Shown here: in pieces, positions 9,601 through 17,448 of the stretch
Numbering within the stretch: the first letter of the stretch is position 1
Layout: each line of letters opens with the position of its first letter
Virus record (IMG/VR): IMGVR_UViG_3300045988_077255
From: a virus
Strand: one strand, 5' to 3'
DNA length: 36,751 bases
The notes under the pieces: generated by a model
The model's input: only the letters and a program-made list of their open reading frames with translations
Database searches by the model: none
Told to the model about the DNA's origin: nothing
Program-made: the position numbers and the translations under genes

Positions 9601-10263
9601 AGTGCTTAATACATTTACAATCTCTGTTGCTGACTTTTTAAGCTGACTCTTATTGTTTACAACTCCTTTTGCAAACGCTTTGATTAAAGATACCGATGCG
9701 TTGACCATCTTTGGAGCAGACTGTGCTACTTTAACGGATAAATCCGCAAGCACTGCACCAGCTTCCTCTACTGCCGCATCCAGTCCACCATTTTGCAAAG
9801 CATTTGATATCCTGCCGACTGCACCAATTCCCTCTTCTGCCGCTTCTTTCAAAGAATCTTCGATGTTCTCGTAGATTCCGATGCCTAATCCCTCAAGAGC
9901 AGAATTTAATGTTGTCATTTTTCCTTGTAAGTTGTCCTGCATCGTATCAGCCATCTGTCCGGCTGCTCCGTCTGCATCTTCAATATAACCTTTCAGCTGG
10001 TCGAAACGTTCTCCTGAGTTCGCCAGTAATGCATTGACGCTCTTCAAGTCGACCTTGTTGAAAATGGTGTTTAAAACCTGTGTTCTCTCGCCCTCATTCA
10101 TTGAGCCTAAGATTTTGTTCAAATCATTAAATGTATCATTTAGAGGACGCATCTTTCCCTCTGCGTCAAATACATTCAAACCAAGCTCTTCCATTTTCTT
10201 TTTCGCCGTATCCGTTGGTGCGGATAGGCTTAAGATAACATTTCTAAGGGCGGTTCCACCTTC
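6637..10263 (-). CDS. Tape measure protein, exon 2 (1209 codons)
   Basis: The track ORF 6637..10194 stays open upstream of its Met back to TAG 10264..10266, reading EGGTALRNVILSLSAPTDTAKKKMEELG. The protein is long, Ala/Ser/Gly-rich and helical. Confidence 0.85.
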   Translation of the reverse strand, partial: EGGTALRNVILSLSAPTDTAKKKMEELGLNVFDAEGKMRPLNDTFNDLNKILGSMNEGERTQVLNTIFNKVDLKSVNALLANSGERFDQLKGYIEDADGAAGQMADTMQDNLQGKMTTLNSALEGLGIGIYENIEDSLKEAAEEGIGAVGRISNALQNGGLDAAVEEAGAVLADLSVKVAQSAPKMVNASVSLIKAFAKGVVNNKSQLKKSATEIVNVLSTGLIKLLPKKMQDPAKKGMDALKRTFDAGLKSIVKIAEPNVSGLGKIFIKLADNMDKIAPVTVSLVAAFKTFKTVSGPVTTVVSVITKLSRVSSEAGGVMAALNAVMSANPAAMIAIGIGALAGGIAFLALKSNEASKEQVAFQKEIDNLSASIEKNRNELDELSSSIESTNNSAESSAAPLERLKGKLSEAFDETGKMKQGCEQLAGSILNQLNEAMGTEYSITADGFIQNNEGVKQSLGDVTQSIDEYVRSLKKKAVQEAVTNQYADNLQKQSEIQADLTKAQNQYNKALDEYAKALEEYTKTWDGNAKKAFKEANENLEDTRENLSEATKEAKKAEVQTSSLDQVMDLLGEGTPESIQKALDAYAKIPTESDKAAKAVKYSQDVIEKALESTDYAKMSQGFRMAAEEIKVSGGEIPKTLQEAITNAINNIEKLGPEGKEALASGMSEAMEGMKDKVPEFQNVSSMTSEEIIKTFATYLKDSGALGDVGTEAIEQLIQGIDEVDTQTTPAQKASDAVDSTINQLETGEDFIRTAAGNSASAITRGFTETDYSGAVFAAAKACGMTVEEVLAHQEELYMAALTVAQSGATGFTAADMPAVFGSNASAAASAANTYLLSSAESMQLSASALGNAANTGIVAGNMPGTFSSQSQSAVSGLVNSLNSGAGSASSAASALGNAAKSGLGNMSVAGNYQTAATSATQNFARTLSAGQGSTKASASALGNSAKNSLKGTNIPSNFTQQAKTATNQFAAGIRNGTNSASSAARGLGTAATKGLSGANVANSAKTQGNKLGSSFVDGINEKKGSASSVAASLGSGARDALANNSGGSYSIGVNFSNGFANGIRAGGYGVASAAASVASAAANAAKANLQIHSPSRVGAWIGKMFDYGISGGMEDNTSVVTQAAEMVTDAMQVDVKSLLGMMRGAVSETVSRITTNKMLERAPQAYGHAASQNTEVKQEINFYQPVQSPVEMSRALRKEARRLALT

Positions 10264-10608
10264 CTATTCTTCATTGTCTAGGCTCTTTATCCTAGAACTA
10301 AGATTTCTCTTAGAGTTGGACTATATCTTCATCTTCAACTTTACTTGCTAAGATGTTGGGCACTCGTGGATAATTAGGCATACAAAAAGCACTCTTTTAA
10401 TGAGTGCTTCTGGTTAGCTTCTTATCTAGTCTCTACGCTTTCTAGTGGTTTCCCTCCTAGCTTAGCTCGGTATTGCCTTGTCTATTCTTATTACAATTTT
10501 ATCATAATTAGGTATAATTGCAATAAACGGCGATTAAATAAATTTAGGTTTCACCGAATTCACCCAATGTTTTTTCAAAGATATTTCTATCTAAGCGACC
10601 AAAAGTTT
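10264..10608 (-). ncRNA. Group I self-splicing intron (ORF-less, 345 nt) in the tape measure gene
   Basis: R-like GTAGAGACTAGA (10425..10436) and exact S consensus AAGATATAGTCC (10318..10329) form P7 GACUA/UAGUC. The internal guide ACUUUUGGUCGCUU pairs with both exon ends. The 5' exon ends in U and the intron ends in G. Confidence 0.8.
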
Positions 10609-11265
10609 AGCCCCTTTTACACCATTGTCAGCGAAGATTCCCAACACGGTATTGGCTTCTGTCACTCCTCCAGCAAGTGATTTTGCAGTACCACCCACTG
10701 TTAAAAGTGCTTCGCCTAACTGCTGGACGCTTGTATTACTCTTTTGAGACGTCTTCGCCATTTTGTCAACAAAGCTTTCGACCGTTCCAGCTTTATCACC
10801 AAGGGCTGACATACTGTCTGTTACCATATCAGATGCAGTCGCAAGGTCCATGTTGCCTGCTGCTGCTAAATTAAGCACCGTTGGCAAAGTTTGCACTGAT
10901 TTGTTTGTATCGTATCCGGCAAGAGCCATGTAATTTAATGCCTCTGCCGCCTGTGTAGCAGAGAACTTTGTTGTCGCTCCGGCATTTTTTGCAGCTTCCT
11001 GCAACTTAGAAAACTCTGCACTTCCATTGTGGATTTCTTCCGCAGACATTCCCATCGTTGCAGCCACTTGGCTCATTGCTGCTTCAAAGCTGGAGCCTAC
11101 TTTTATTGCATATCCACCCATGCCAGACAGGGCGGCAGATGTTGCAGTAATCGTTTTTGTCGCTGTCGCAAGCCCTTTTGATGCCAACGAAGAGATTTTT
11201 CCAAGTCCGTTTTCGATTCCCTTGGTATCCAGACCGGTTTCTATTACAATTTTACCGTCTGCCAT
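10609..11265 (-). CDS. Tape measure protein, exon 1 (219 codons)
   Basis: Track ORF 10591..11265 shows the TP901-type TMP N-terminal core (SFEAAMSQVAATMG, AEALNYMALAGY, DMVTDSMSALG, GIFADNGVKGA). The last 5 codons (KLLVA-stop) are intronic read-through. Confidence 0.85.
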
Positions 11266-11276
11266 CTTCTCACCTC

Positions 11277-11879
11277 CTAAAGATAAGGTGAGGGGTCTCT
11301 GCCCTCTTTCAAGGCTTTGATTAACTCTTCATTTTCCTCTACCTGTTGGATTTTATAATATCTCTGCATTGCCTTATAAAAAGCAACCTGCTCCTTTGAC
11401 AGACTCTTATTTGTCGTATCAATAATCCGATACTGCATAATCCGATGCAATGACACGGTTTCCGGAATATCATCCAGCATCGCAATAAATTCCCACCAGT
11501 GCAAATATTGAATGGTATGTAAATCAATGCCATACACATCGTTTCTGCGGAAAGCAGAGTAAATTAGCCAGGCATCTTCCTTGAAATTCAGTGCTTCATT
11601 ACTGTTAATTCCAAGTATTTTCTTTGATGGCTTACCTTTTTTCTCTTTCTTTCCACACTTTACAAACCAAGTTGCCTGTTTTACAGCCTCTGCAATATCA
11701 TTTCGAGGTGGTGGTATTTTATACAAAATCTGCAAGCATCTTTCTATGTCTGCTAACGTTTCATCCGCATCTTCTACCACTTCCATATAGCGTAAAACAG
11801 TACGAAAGTCTGTATTGATTGGATATTTTTCACCATTTACTTCTAAATTTTCTGGCGGTTTTTCTGTCAAAAAACTCAT
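11277..11879 (-). CDS. Tail assembly protein (Phage_Gp15-like)
   Basis: 200 aa lying between the chaperone and the TMP. The N-terminus YPINTDFRTVLRY is as in A118 gp15-type proteins. Confidence 0.6.
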   Translation of the reverse strand: MSFLTEKPPENLEVNGEKYPINTDFRTVLRYMEVVEDADETLADIERCLQILYKIPPPRNDIAEAVKQATWFVKCGKKEKKGKPSKKILGINSNEALNFKEDAWLIYSAFRRNDVYGIDLHTIQYLHWWEFIAMLDDIPETVSLHRIMQYRIIDTTNKSLSKEQVAFYKAMQRYYKIQQVEENEELIKALKEGRDPSPYL

Positions 11880-11882
11880 ATT

Positions 11883-12209
11883 TTATTCCGAATACAGTGC
11901 TAACAGATGATTCGTTTTCTCATTCATCACCTGCTCCTGTTTTCCTTTTTCTTCGCAAAGTGCAGTGTAAGCATCAATACATTTTAATAAATCATTTTCA
12001 TATCCGCACACAGCTGTTCCAACACCTTCTCCGAAAATATAGTCAAATGCCGCTTTAATAGCTTCGCACTGGATATTAATCTGTTCTGGTAAACTCTTTC
12101 CTTGTGCTCTTTCTGCTTCGTTTGCAACACTTTCATAACTGTCTATTAGTTTCTGTGCCTGATTTGCTTCAAACACATTCAGATTCAATGTAAGCCCATT
12201 AATCTCCAT
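11883..12209 (-). CDS. Tail assembly chaperone
   Basis: 108 aa, acidic, positioned between the major tail and Gp15-like genes. Confidence 0.55.
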   Translation of the reverse strand: MEINGLTLNLNVFEANQAQKLIDSYESVANEAERAQGKSLPEQINIQCEAIKAAFDYIFGEGVGTAVCGYENDLLKCIDAYTALCEEKGKQEQVMNEKTNHLLALYSE

Positions 12210-12293
12210 TTACCTTTTCCTCCTGTTTTAATTCGACAGTATTCTTTACTGCCTCTCTTTTTACTGCCTTTGTCAGCTTAGAAGAGAGGGATT

Positions 12294-12776
12294 TTACTCC
12301 CCCGCATCTTCTTTAAAGGTTTTCTTCTCAGGGTCGAAATATCCAAACACCCAGTCACCTTTACCAAGTAAGTTTCCAGAGCCTGTAATTTCTCCATCAT
12401 TGTCTGTAAATTCAGCTACTTCAATCGCTACACTTCTTTTTCTTGCTGGATATCCATTTGCAGTTTTTGCCCCTGCCAGGTCTACACGGATATATTCCGC
12501 TTCTGCATCCGGTCCTGTCTTTTCTTTTCTACCAATGTCTACAATAAATTTCACTGCTTCTTCTGTCTCAATCATGTCCATTTCGAATGGAGCAGACCAG
12601 TCATAAGAGCCGATAGACTTTGTTGTAGATTTATTGTTTACATACCGTTTTGAAGTAGTCTGTGCGGATGGGCTATCATCAACCTTTGTAAATCCGGTCC
12701 CCATGAGCACGTACTGGTCTGTTCCTGCTCCTACATTTAAGTAATCCGCTTCCTGATATCTCTGTTTTACTGCCAT
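12294..12776 (-). CDS. Major tail protein
   Basis: 160 aa, in the position upstream of the chaperones, followed by a hairpin-containing gap. Confidence 0.7.
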   Translation of the reverse strand: MAVKQRYQEADYLNVGAGTDQYVLMGTGFTKVDDSPSAQTTSKRYVNNKSTTKSIGSYDWSAPFEMDMIETEEAVKFIVDIGRKEKTGPDAEAEYIRVDLAGAKTANGYPARKRSVAIEVAEFTDNDGEITGSGNLLGKGDWVFGYFDPEKKTFKEDAGE

Positions 12777-12779
12777 AAT

Positions 12780-13214
12780 TTACTGTCTCCTTTTTTGAAA
12801 ATAAATAAATTCACACTGGATTGCATACCGAGCGGTCTTTGCTTCGGCATCTATCATGTATCCATTTGTCGTTGCTCGAATGGAAAGAGCTTCTTTTGTA
12901 CTGCTAAGTTCCGGAAAAACTTTATCTCGTGTACAATCTTCCAACCATTCCTGGAAGTGTTCGTAAAATTCTGAGGTATCAATATTTTCCATATCTCCCC
13001 AGAACACCCTGCTGCAAAAATGAAATGCAACACGTCTTATGCTGTCTCCATTTATATACCGCTTTACAATCGGCTCTGCTGGCACCGCTTCAACCATATA
13101 ATTTGTTGGATTCTCTTCCAAGAAATCAATATCTACCTTTGAAAATGTCTCTTCAAACTCATCCAGGTACGGACACGTTGCAATGAAATCTCGGATAGCA
13201 CCAATTACACTCAT
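12780..13214 (-). CDS. Head-tail joining / tail completion protein
   Basis: 144 aa in the head-tail connector block, translationally coupled to its neighbours. Confidence 0.5.
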   Translation of the reverse strand: MSVIGAIRDFIATCPYLDEFEETFSKVDIDFLEENPTNYMVEAVPAEPIVKRYINGDSIRRVAFHFCSRVFWGDMENIDTSEFYEHFQEWLEDCTRDKVFPELSSTKEALSIRATTNGYMIDAEAKTARYAIQCEFIYFQKRRQ

Positions 13215-13561
13215 CCTCTTTTACCTCCACAAAACTTTGCTGTAGATTCTACAATTTCGTTTCCTCTGTCTGCCCACATTCGCTTATCCCACTCTTTACC
13301 AGCAAGTGGTGCTTTACTTCGGTTCTTTCCGGAATTTTCATAGTACTGACGTCTTGCATAAGGCTGACCGTAAGTAATATGGGTCGTTGATTCTACAGCT
13401 GTATTTTCAAGTGGTCCATTTAATTTCGGGACATAAGGCACACACAAACGTCTCACTTCATGAGTGAAGAACTTTTGTCCTGCTCCATTTTTATTTAAAG
13501 AACGTTTTAACAGGACTTTCTGTTCGTCGTCCATTTCAACTCGCACTCTTGTCTTTGACAT
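13211..13561 (-). CDS. Head-tail joining protein (minor capsid family)
   Basis: 116 aa with ATGA overlaps on both sides. Confidence 0.5.
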   Translation of the reverse strand: MSKTRVRVEMDDEQKVLLKRSLNKNGAGQKFFTHEVRRLCVPYVPKLNGPLENTAVESTTHITYGQPYARRQYYENSGKNRSKAPLAGKEWDKRMWADRGNEIVESTAKFCGGKRG

Positions 13562-13962
13562 TATGCGCCTCCAATCCGGATATGAGGTTCTAACCCTCTC
13601 CGATTGTCTGAGTGGCTTAAGATTCTTCCAAACAGCAAGCCTTTCTTCTCTAAATCGGATTCTTTTGCAATCTCATCTTCTAAGATTCCTTTTACAAACA
13701 CATCCCCATTTGAAGCAGTGAAAAAGCCTGTCACATCTTCTTTTCTTGCATATTCTTCCGGCTCTAAGAACGTTTCTCTTCTTTCTGCCATCGGAATACG
13801 AATCTTTATCGAATCTGCACTATCTAAGCCTTTATCACTCACCGCTACCTTTTGGTCTGTGTACCAATGCACACCACAAAGCACGGTACGTTTATAGATG
13901 TACTGTCGTGTTGTCTTATCTAATCTTCGGTTGTAAAGGGTAATATCCGCATTTACAATCAT
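13561..13962 (-). CDS. Head-tail joining protein
   Basis: 133 aa, coupled to its neighbours. Confidence 0.5.
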   Translation of the reverse strand: MIVNADITLYNRRLDKTTRQYIYKRTVLCGVHWYTDQKVAVSDKGLDSADSIKIRIPMAERRETFLEPEEYARKEDVTGFFTASNGDVFVKGILEDEIAKESDLEKKGLLFGRILSHSDNRRGLEPHIRIGGA

Positions 13963-14357
13963 TCCTCATCCACTCCCATGTATAAAATACCACTTGACAT
14001 TAGATAAGTACTTGCAATCTGATATAAACGACTCTCAAACTCTTCCTCTGTCTGTTCTGTCTGATAGCTGACGGAATATCCATCGTTGTTTTCCGATACA
14101 ATATTTCCTCTTACCTTTCTCTTTTGCATTGCCTCAGCCATTTCACAGATTGCATACTTTGCATTTTGTTCCCAGTCTTTTTCTGACCAGTCACATGCAA
14201 TTCTTCCAAAGCTGAAATGTTCCAGACGTTTTTCTGCTTTCAATTCCAAAGAAAGCCAGGCACTTTCTGGCACCTGACTTCCTCCAAACCTTTCAATATA
14301 AAAACTATAATCTACTTTCATAATCTCATCAACTAGCGGTTTTTGCTGTATGTACAT
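13959..14357 (-). CDS. Head-tail connector / DNA packaging protein
   Basis: 132 aa. The start may instead be ATG 14321 (MKVDYSF), just past the capsid stop. Confidence 0.5.
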   Translation of the reverse strand: MYIQQKPLVDEIMKVDYSFYIERFGGSQVPESAWLSLELKAEKRLEHFSFGRIACDWSEKDWEQNAKYAICEMAEAMQKRKVRGNIVSENNDGYSVSYQTEQTEEEFESRLYQIASTYLMSSGILYMGVDEE

Positions 14358-15192
14358 AAATACCGTCTACTTTGTTGTCATAAGTTTCTGCAATACCGAC
14401 AGTTCTATAGTTAAACTGCCATGCATCTGCGTTCATGTTCTGTTCCGGTGTGAAAATTTTGGAAACAGTGTGCTTCTGATACTGGATAACTGCCTGTTTG
14501 TCAATCACAATAAAGTTCATCGCAAGTGCACCGGTATCTTTTGTAAATCCACCTGCTCCGGAAGCAGTCAGTTTTACTTTATTGAAGAACCTTCCCGATG
14601 GTACTTTTACGATTCCTGCAAATCCCTCCAGTGCTTTTTTGGAGGCAGTTGTATCTAAGTCATCAATCATTCCATAAAGTGCCGGATTAATGAACAGGTA
14701 ACAAGTTGCAAGATTTGCCTCTGCATTTTCAATGTGATTTCTTGCTTCACGAAGTGCTGCAAGTCCTGCCTTTCCATCTGCAATATCTGCACTTACTGTT
14801 GCTACATTCTTTGTCTGTGCATAAGCAGACAGACGATAAGCATCCAGCTCCGGGACACCCTGTGTTCTAAGAAATTCACTGGATAATTTACCAAATGCGA
14901 TACTCGCTGTATCGATATTGTCCATTGCATCTACAACAAACTTTCTACCACGGTCATAAGTACATTTCTTAGTTTCATAGTCTAATGTAATATCTCCTGC
15001 CGCATATCCGTTTGTTTTGGAATAATCTGCAAGACCCTGCATAGTCATTTTCGGAATCAAAATTTCGTTTGCATTTGCACCCTCTTTTACCAAGTTATTT
15101 GCTCCATCCAGCACAGCTGTTAAAGAGGATAACTTGTAGACCTCGTCCAAAAGGGTTGAGTACTGTTTTCTTAATTCAATTGCGTTTGGCAT
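14329..15192 (-). CDS. Major capsid protein
   Basis: 287 aa, directly after the scaffold gene. Confidence 0.8.
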   Translation of the reverse strand: MPNAIELRKQYSTLLDEVYKLSSLTAVLDGANNLVKEGANANEILIPKMTMQGLADYSKTNGYAAGDITLDYETKKCTYDRGRKFVVDAMDNIDTASIAFGKLSSEFLRTQGVPELDAYRLSAYAQTKNVATVSADIADGKAGLAALREARNHIENAEANLATCYLFINPALYGMIDDLDTTASKKALEGFAGIVKVPSGRFFNKVKLTASGAGGFTKDTGALAMNFIVIDKQAVIQYQKHTVSKIFTPEQNMNADAWQFNYRTVGIAETYDNKVDGIYVHTAKTAS

Positions 15193-15203
15193 TCAACTTC
15201 TCC

Positions 15204-15764
15204 TTATTTGTTTTCCGGAAGTCCCATAGCCGCACGAAGTGCAGACACTTCATCTGCTCCGCCGCTGCCACCATTTCCGGTTGAACCTACTGGATTCTTA
15301 AACGGTTCATCTGAGCCGAAGAGATAAGCATCAGACTCTTTTACCGCTCCAATCGCAGCCTCAATGTCGGCAGACTGGTTTTTCGATGCTTTGAGTGTTT
15401 CCATGTCAAGCATTGCCATAACTGCCTTTTCATTTCTACCTCCGGCTTTCTTAATTGCGGCACTTAATTCTCCGGAAAACTGACGTTCTGCTTCTTTCTG
15501 GGCATATTCTGCATCTTTTGCCTGCAAATCATCCTGAAGCTTTGCAATTTGACTCTGCAAGTCTTTTACGTCCACTTCGTCAAATTCTTTCAGCTTTTCA
15601 TTTACAGTATCAAGAGAAGATTTATACTCATCTCTCTTTGTAACTGCATTATCGTACTCTGCTTTGGTACGATAATTTTCTTTCCATGCTTTTTCAAAGT
15701 CTGCTTTTTTCTCTGCCGGAAGTTCAAGTCCAAATTCTTTAAGAATCTCATAGATATTTTTCAT
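15204..15764 (-). CDS. Scaffolding protein (Phage_GP20-like)
   Basis: 186 aa, highly charged coiled coil (KAEYDNAVTKRDEYKSSLDTVNEKLKEF), upstream of the capsid gene. Confidence 0.8.
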   Translation of the reverse strand: MKNIYEILKEFGLELPAEKKADFEKAWKENYRTKAEYDNAVTKRDEYKSSLDTVNEKLKEFDEVDVKDLQSQIAKLQDDLQAKDAEYAQKEAERQFSGELSAAIKKAGGRNEKAVMAMLDMETLKASKNQSADIEAAIGAVKESDAYLFGSDEPFKNPVGSTGNGGSGGADEVSALRAAMGLPENK

Positions 15765-15850
15765 GCTACATTCCTCCTGAAATCATTTATTGACCGCTCT
15801 TTCAGCGGTATGGGATATATCCGGTTCTTTAATGCCTGCCGAAAAAAGGC

Positions 15851-15878
15851 ATAAAAATAAGACGCCATCAATGCGTCT
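15851..15878 (-). terminator. Rho-independent terminator closing the moron cassette
   Basis: Minus strand reads AGACGC-AUUGAUG-GCGUCU followed by UAUUUUUAU. Confidence 0.6.
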
Positions 15879-15891
15879 TTGTTAATCTTTT

Positions 15892-16104
15892 TTATAAGTC
15901 ACTTCCATATCTGTTTCTGCTACAAATGTTGTTGTCCCCTTGTACGTTCTTACCGAATATCTTTAAGTTTTTCAGCGGAACTTTGACACTATCTTTACAA
16001 ACTATTGGATTGCCAGATATCGTTTCAAAACTATACTTTTTCATTTTATATAGCTTTTCTGGTTTCATTCCTATAAAATTTGTATCATCTACCATTTCAG
16101 GCAT
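15892..16104 (-). CDS. Short ORF, possible truncated paralogue of 16383..16937
   Basis: 70 aa. It shares the N-terminal motif FIG.K.E.LY.M.K with the 184-aa ORF and ends just before the terminator. Confidence 0.4.
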   Translation of the reverse strand: MPEMVDDTNFIGMKPEKLYKMKKYSFETISGNPIVCKDSVKVPLKNLKIFGKNVQGDNNICSRNRYGSDL

Positions 16105-16379
16105 TGTACTTCGACACCTCTTTCATCTGCCTCTTCTGGAATAATTGTCATAATTCCTTTCATCGTCGGAAGATAATTCGTATCTGCTCTGGCAGTAATT
16201 ACTTGTGCACATTCTGCCGGAATCAATAAACAATCATTTTTATTTGATGTCTCCTCAAGTGCCACATAAATATCGCCTTGAGTAAAATTCTTAACCAAGT
16301 ATTCAATTCCAGCAACATCAAATTCCAATTTTATCGGAGTATTCGCACTTGTTGCCTGTCTTTTAAAAATACACTTCAT
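16089..16379 (-). CDS. Hypothetical moron protein
   Basis: 96 aa, closely spaced after 16383..16937 (3-nt gap) and overlapping the start of 15892..16104 by 16 nt. Confidence 0.5.
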   Translation of the reverse strand: MKCIFKRQATSANTPIKLEFDVAGIEYLVKNFTQGDIYVALEETSNKNDCLLIPAECAQVITARADTNYLPTMKGIMTIIPEEADERGVEVQCLKW

Positions 16380-16382
16380 TTT

Positions 16383-16937
16383 TTACTCCTTATAAGGTTC
16401 CCATTTTTTTCTTGTTTTTCCCACTGACAACATAACACCTTTAAAAGTCGCCTCGTATTTTCCTGCTAATACACTTCCGGCTGTATTTTCTGTTACAAAA
16501 AGTCTAACTTTAACATTCGTAGCCTCTTTCGGAATAGATAAAGTAATTGCTTTTTGTTTTTCTGTAGATATCAACGTCTTATAACGATACTTGCCATTTT
16601 GCATATATGCGGCTCCAACGACTGCACTCTCATTTGGTACATTGCTTTTGTAGTCATCATATTGAAGAGTTACTGTTTTTCCAATAACTCTTTTCAATGG
16701 TATTGAATATACTACATTTACAAATTTTTTACTAGAAGCTGTTGCATTTGCCCCTATTTCTGCTTTAAGTGTAATGGAATATCCCTGTTTATCTACTTTT
16801 TTTTCTTTAATACCAAGTTCTGTTTCGGAACTTTTATATGCATTAAATAACTGTTTGCTTTTCTTTGACATCTGATATAACGTTTCTTTTTTAGTCCCAA
16901 TAAACCTCATATCACCGCTTATCATATCTCTTTGCAC
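16383..16937 (-). CDS. Hypothetical moron protein, beta-rich (possible carbohydrate-binding/decoration module)
   Basis: 184 aa with a GTG start behind GAGGAG. Inserted between the MuF and scaffold genes. Confidence 0.6.
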   Translation of the reverse strand: MQRDMISGDMRFIGTKKETLYQMSKKSKQLFNAYKSSETELGIKEKKVDKQGYSITLKAEIGANATASSKKFVNVVYSIPLKRVIGKTVTLQYDDYKSNVPNESAVVGAAYMQNGKYRYKTLISTEKQKAITLSIPKEATNVKVRLFVTENTAGSVLAGKYEATFKGVMLSVGKTRKKWEPYKE

Positions 16938-17017
16938 TAAAACACTCCTCTCATGGAGTCAGTGCTTACAAGGTTAAGTTTTACCCCCCCCCGCTCAAAA
17001 CTATTCTTTCTATTCAT
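16937..17017 (-). CDS. 26-codon leader ORF containing a G9 tract, with its stop overlapping the downstream GTG start
   Basis: AAAGGAG-N6-ATG, reading MNRKNSFERGGVKLNLVSTDSMRGVF. Its TAG shares its G with the GTG start of 16383..16937 (sequence TAGTG). Confidence 0.35.
   Translation of the reverse strand: MNRKNSFERGGVKLNLVSTDSMRGVF
16984..16992. repeat. Homopolymeric C9 (G9 on the coding strand)
   Basis: Nine consecutive C in an otherwise AT-rich genome, located inside the leader ORF. Confidence 0.95.
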
Positions 17018-17030
17018 CAAATTCTCCTTT

Positions 17031-17073
17031 AAAAATAGTATAAAAATACCACCAGTCGCTCAACTGATGGTAT
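17031..17073 (-). terminator. Rho-independent terminator after the MuF / zinc-ribbon genes
   Basis: Minus strand reads AUACCAUCAGU-UGAGCG-ACUGGUGGUAU (11 bp, one G.U) followed by UUUUAUACUAUUUUU. Confidence 0.7.
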
Positions 17074-17083
17074 TAATCAATAT

Positions 17084-17233
17084 TCAATCTTTTTTGCAAC
17101 TATCGCAATGAAAACTTTTTGTTGTTTTAAAATCTCCAACTGCAATCATTACACCTTTTTTACAACATGGACAGATAACTTTTTCGCCATTTCTTAATTT
17201 TTCCATAAATTCATTAAATTCATAAGGATTCAT
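17084..17233 (-). CDS. Small zinc-ribbon protein (49 aa), not in the ORF track
   Basis: GGAGGTG-N5-ATG, reading MNPYEFNEFMEKLRNGEKVICPCCKKGVMIAVGDFKTTKSFHCDSCKKD. Paralogue of 17277..17444. Confidence 0.55.
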   Translation of the reverse strand: MNPYEFNEFMEKLRNGEKVICPCCKKGVMIAVGDFKTTKSFHCDSCKKD

Positions 17234-17276
17234 CTTGTCACCTCCATGGTAACTCTGGATATAATTTCTTTACTTT

Positions 17277-17444
17277 TTAATCAACAATTAGCTGACTGCC
17301 ACACTTTTCACATTGAAAAGTATTTGTTTTTTTACAATCTCCTATTGCTATCATCTTTCCTTTGCACTTTTTACATAATACACATTTCCCCTCACGCAAA
17401 AGTTTCAAGCGTTCATGGGTTGGCATAAGCAAAGTATCATTCAT
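17277..17444 (-). CDS. Small zinc-ribbon protein (55 aa), not in the ORF track
   Basis: GGGAG-N7-ATG, 4 nt after the MuF stop. Reads MNDTLLMPTHERLKLLREGKCVLCKKCKGKMIAIGDCKKTNTFQCEKCGSQLIVD. Confidence 0.6.
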   Translation of the reverse strand: MNDTLLMPTHERLKLLREGKCVLCKKCKGKMIAIGDCKKTNTFQCEKCGSQLIVD

Positions 17445-17448
17445 AAAA

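Noticed and set aside
6742-10351. Numerous plus-strand and alternative-frame ORFs within the tape measure gene
   Set aside because: They are antisense or out of frame within a 3.6-kb gene with strong compositional bias, and none has an RBS or a recognisable motif.
10591-10608. The C-terminal KLLVA-stop tail of the 224-aa ORF, and the Met start at 10194 of the 1185-aa ORF, read as real gene ends
   Set aside because: Both are by-products of the group I intron. The coding frame continues across the proposed splice junction.
11277-12209. Programmed -1 frameshift between the two tail assembly chaperone ORFs
   Set aside because: The ORFs do not overlap. The second has its own ATG 3 nt after the first stop, and there is no slippery heptamer. 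This is the A118-type layout with two separate genes.
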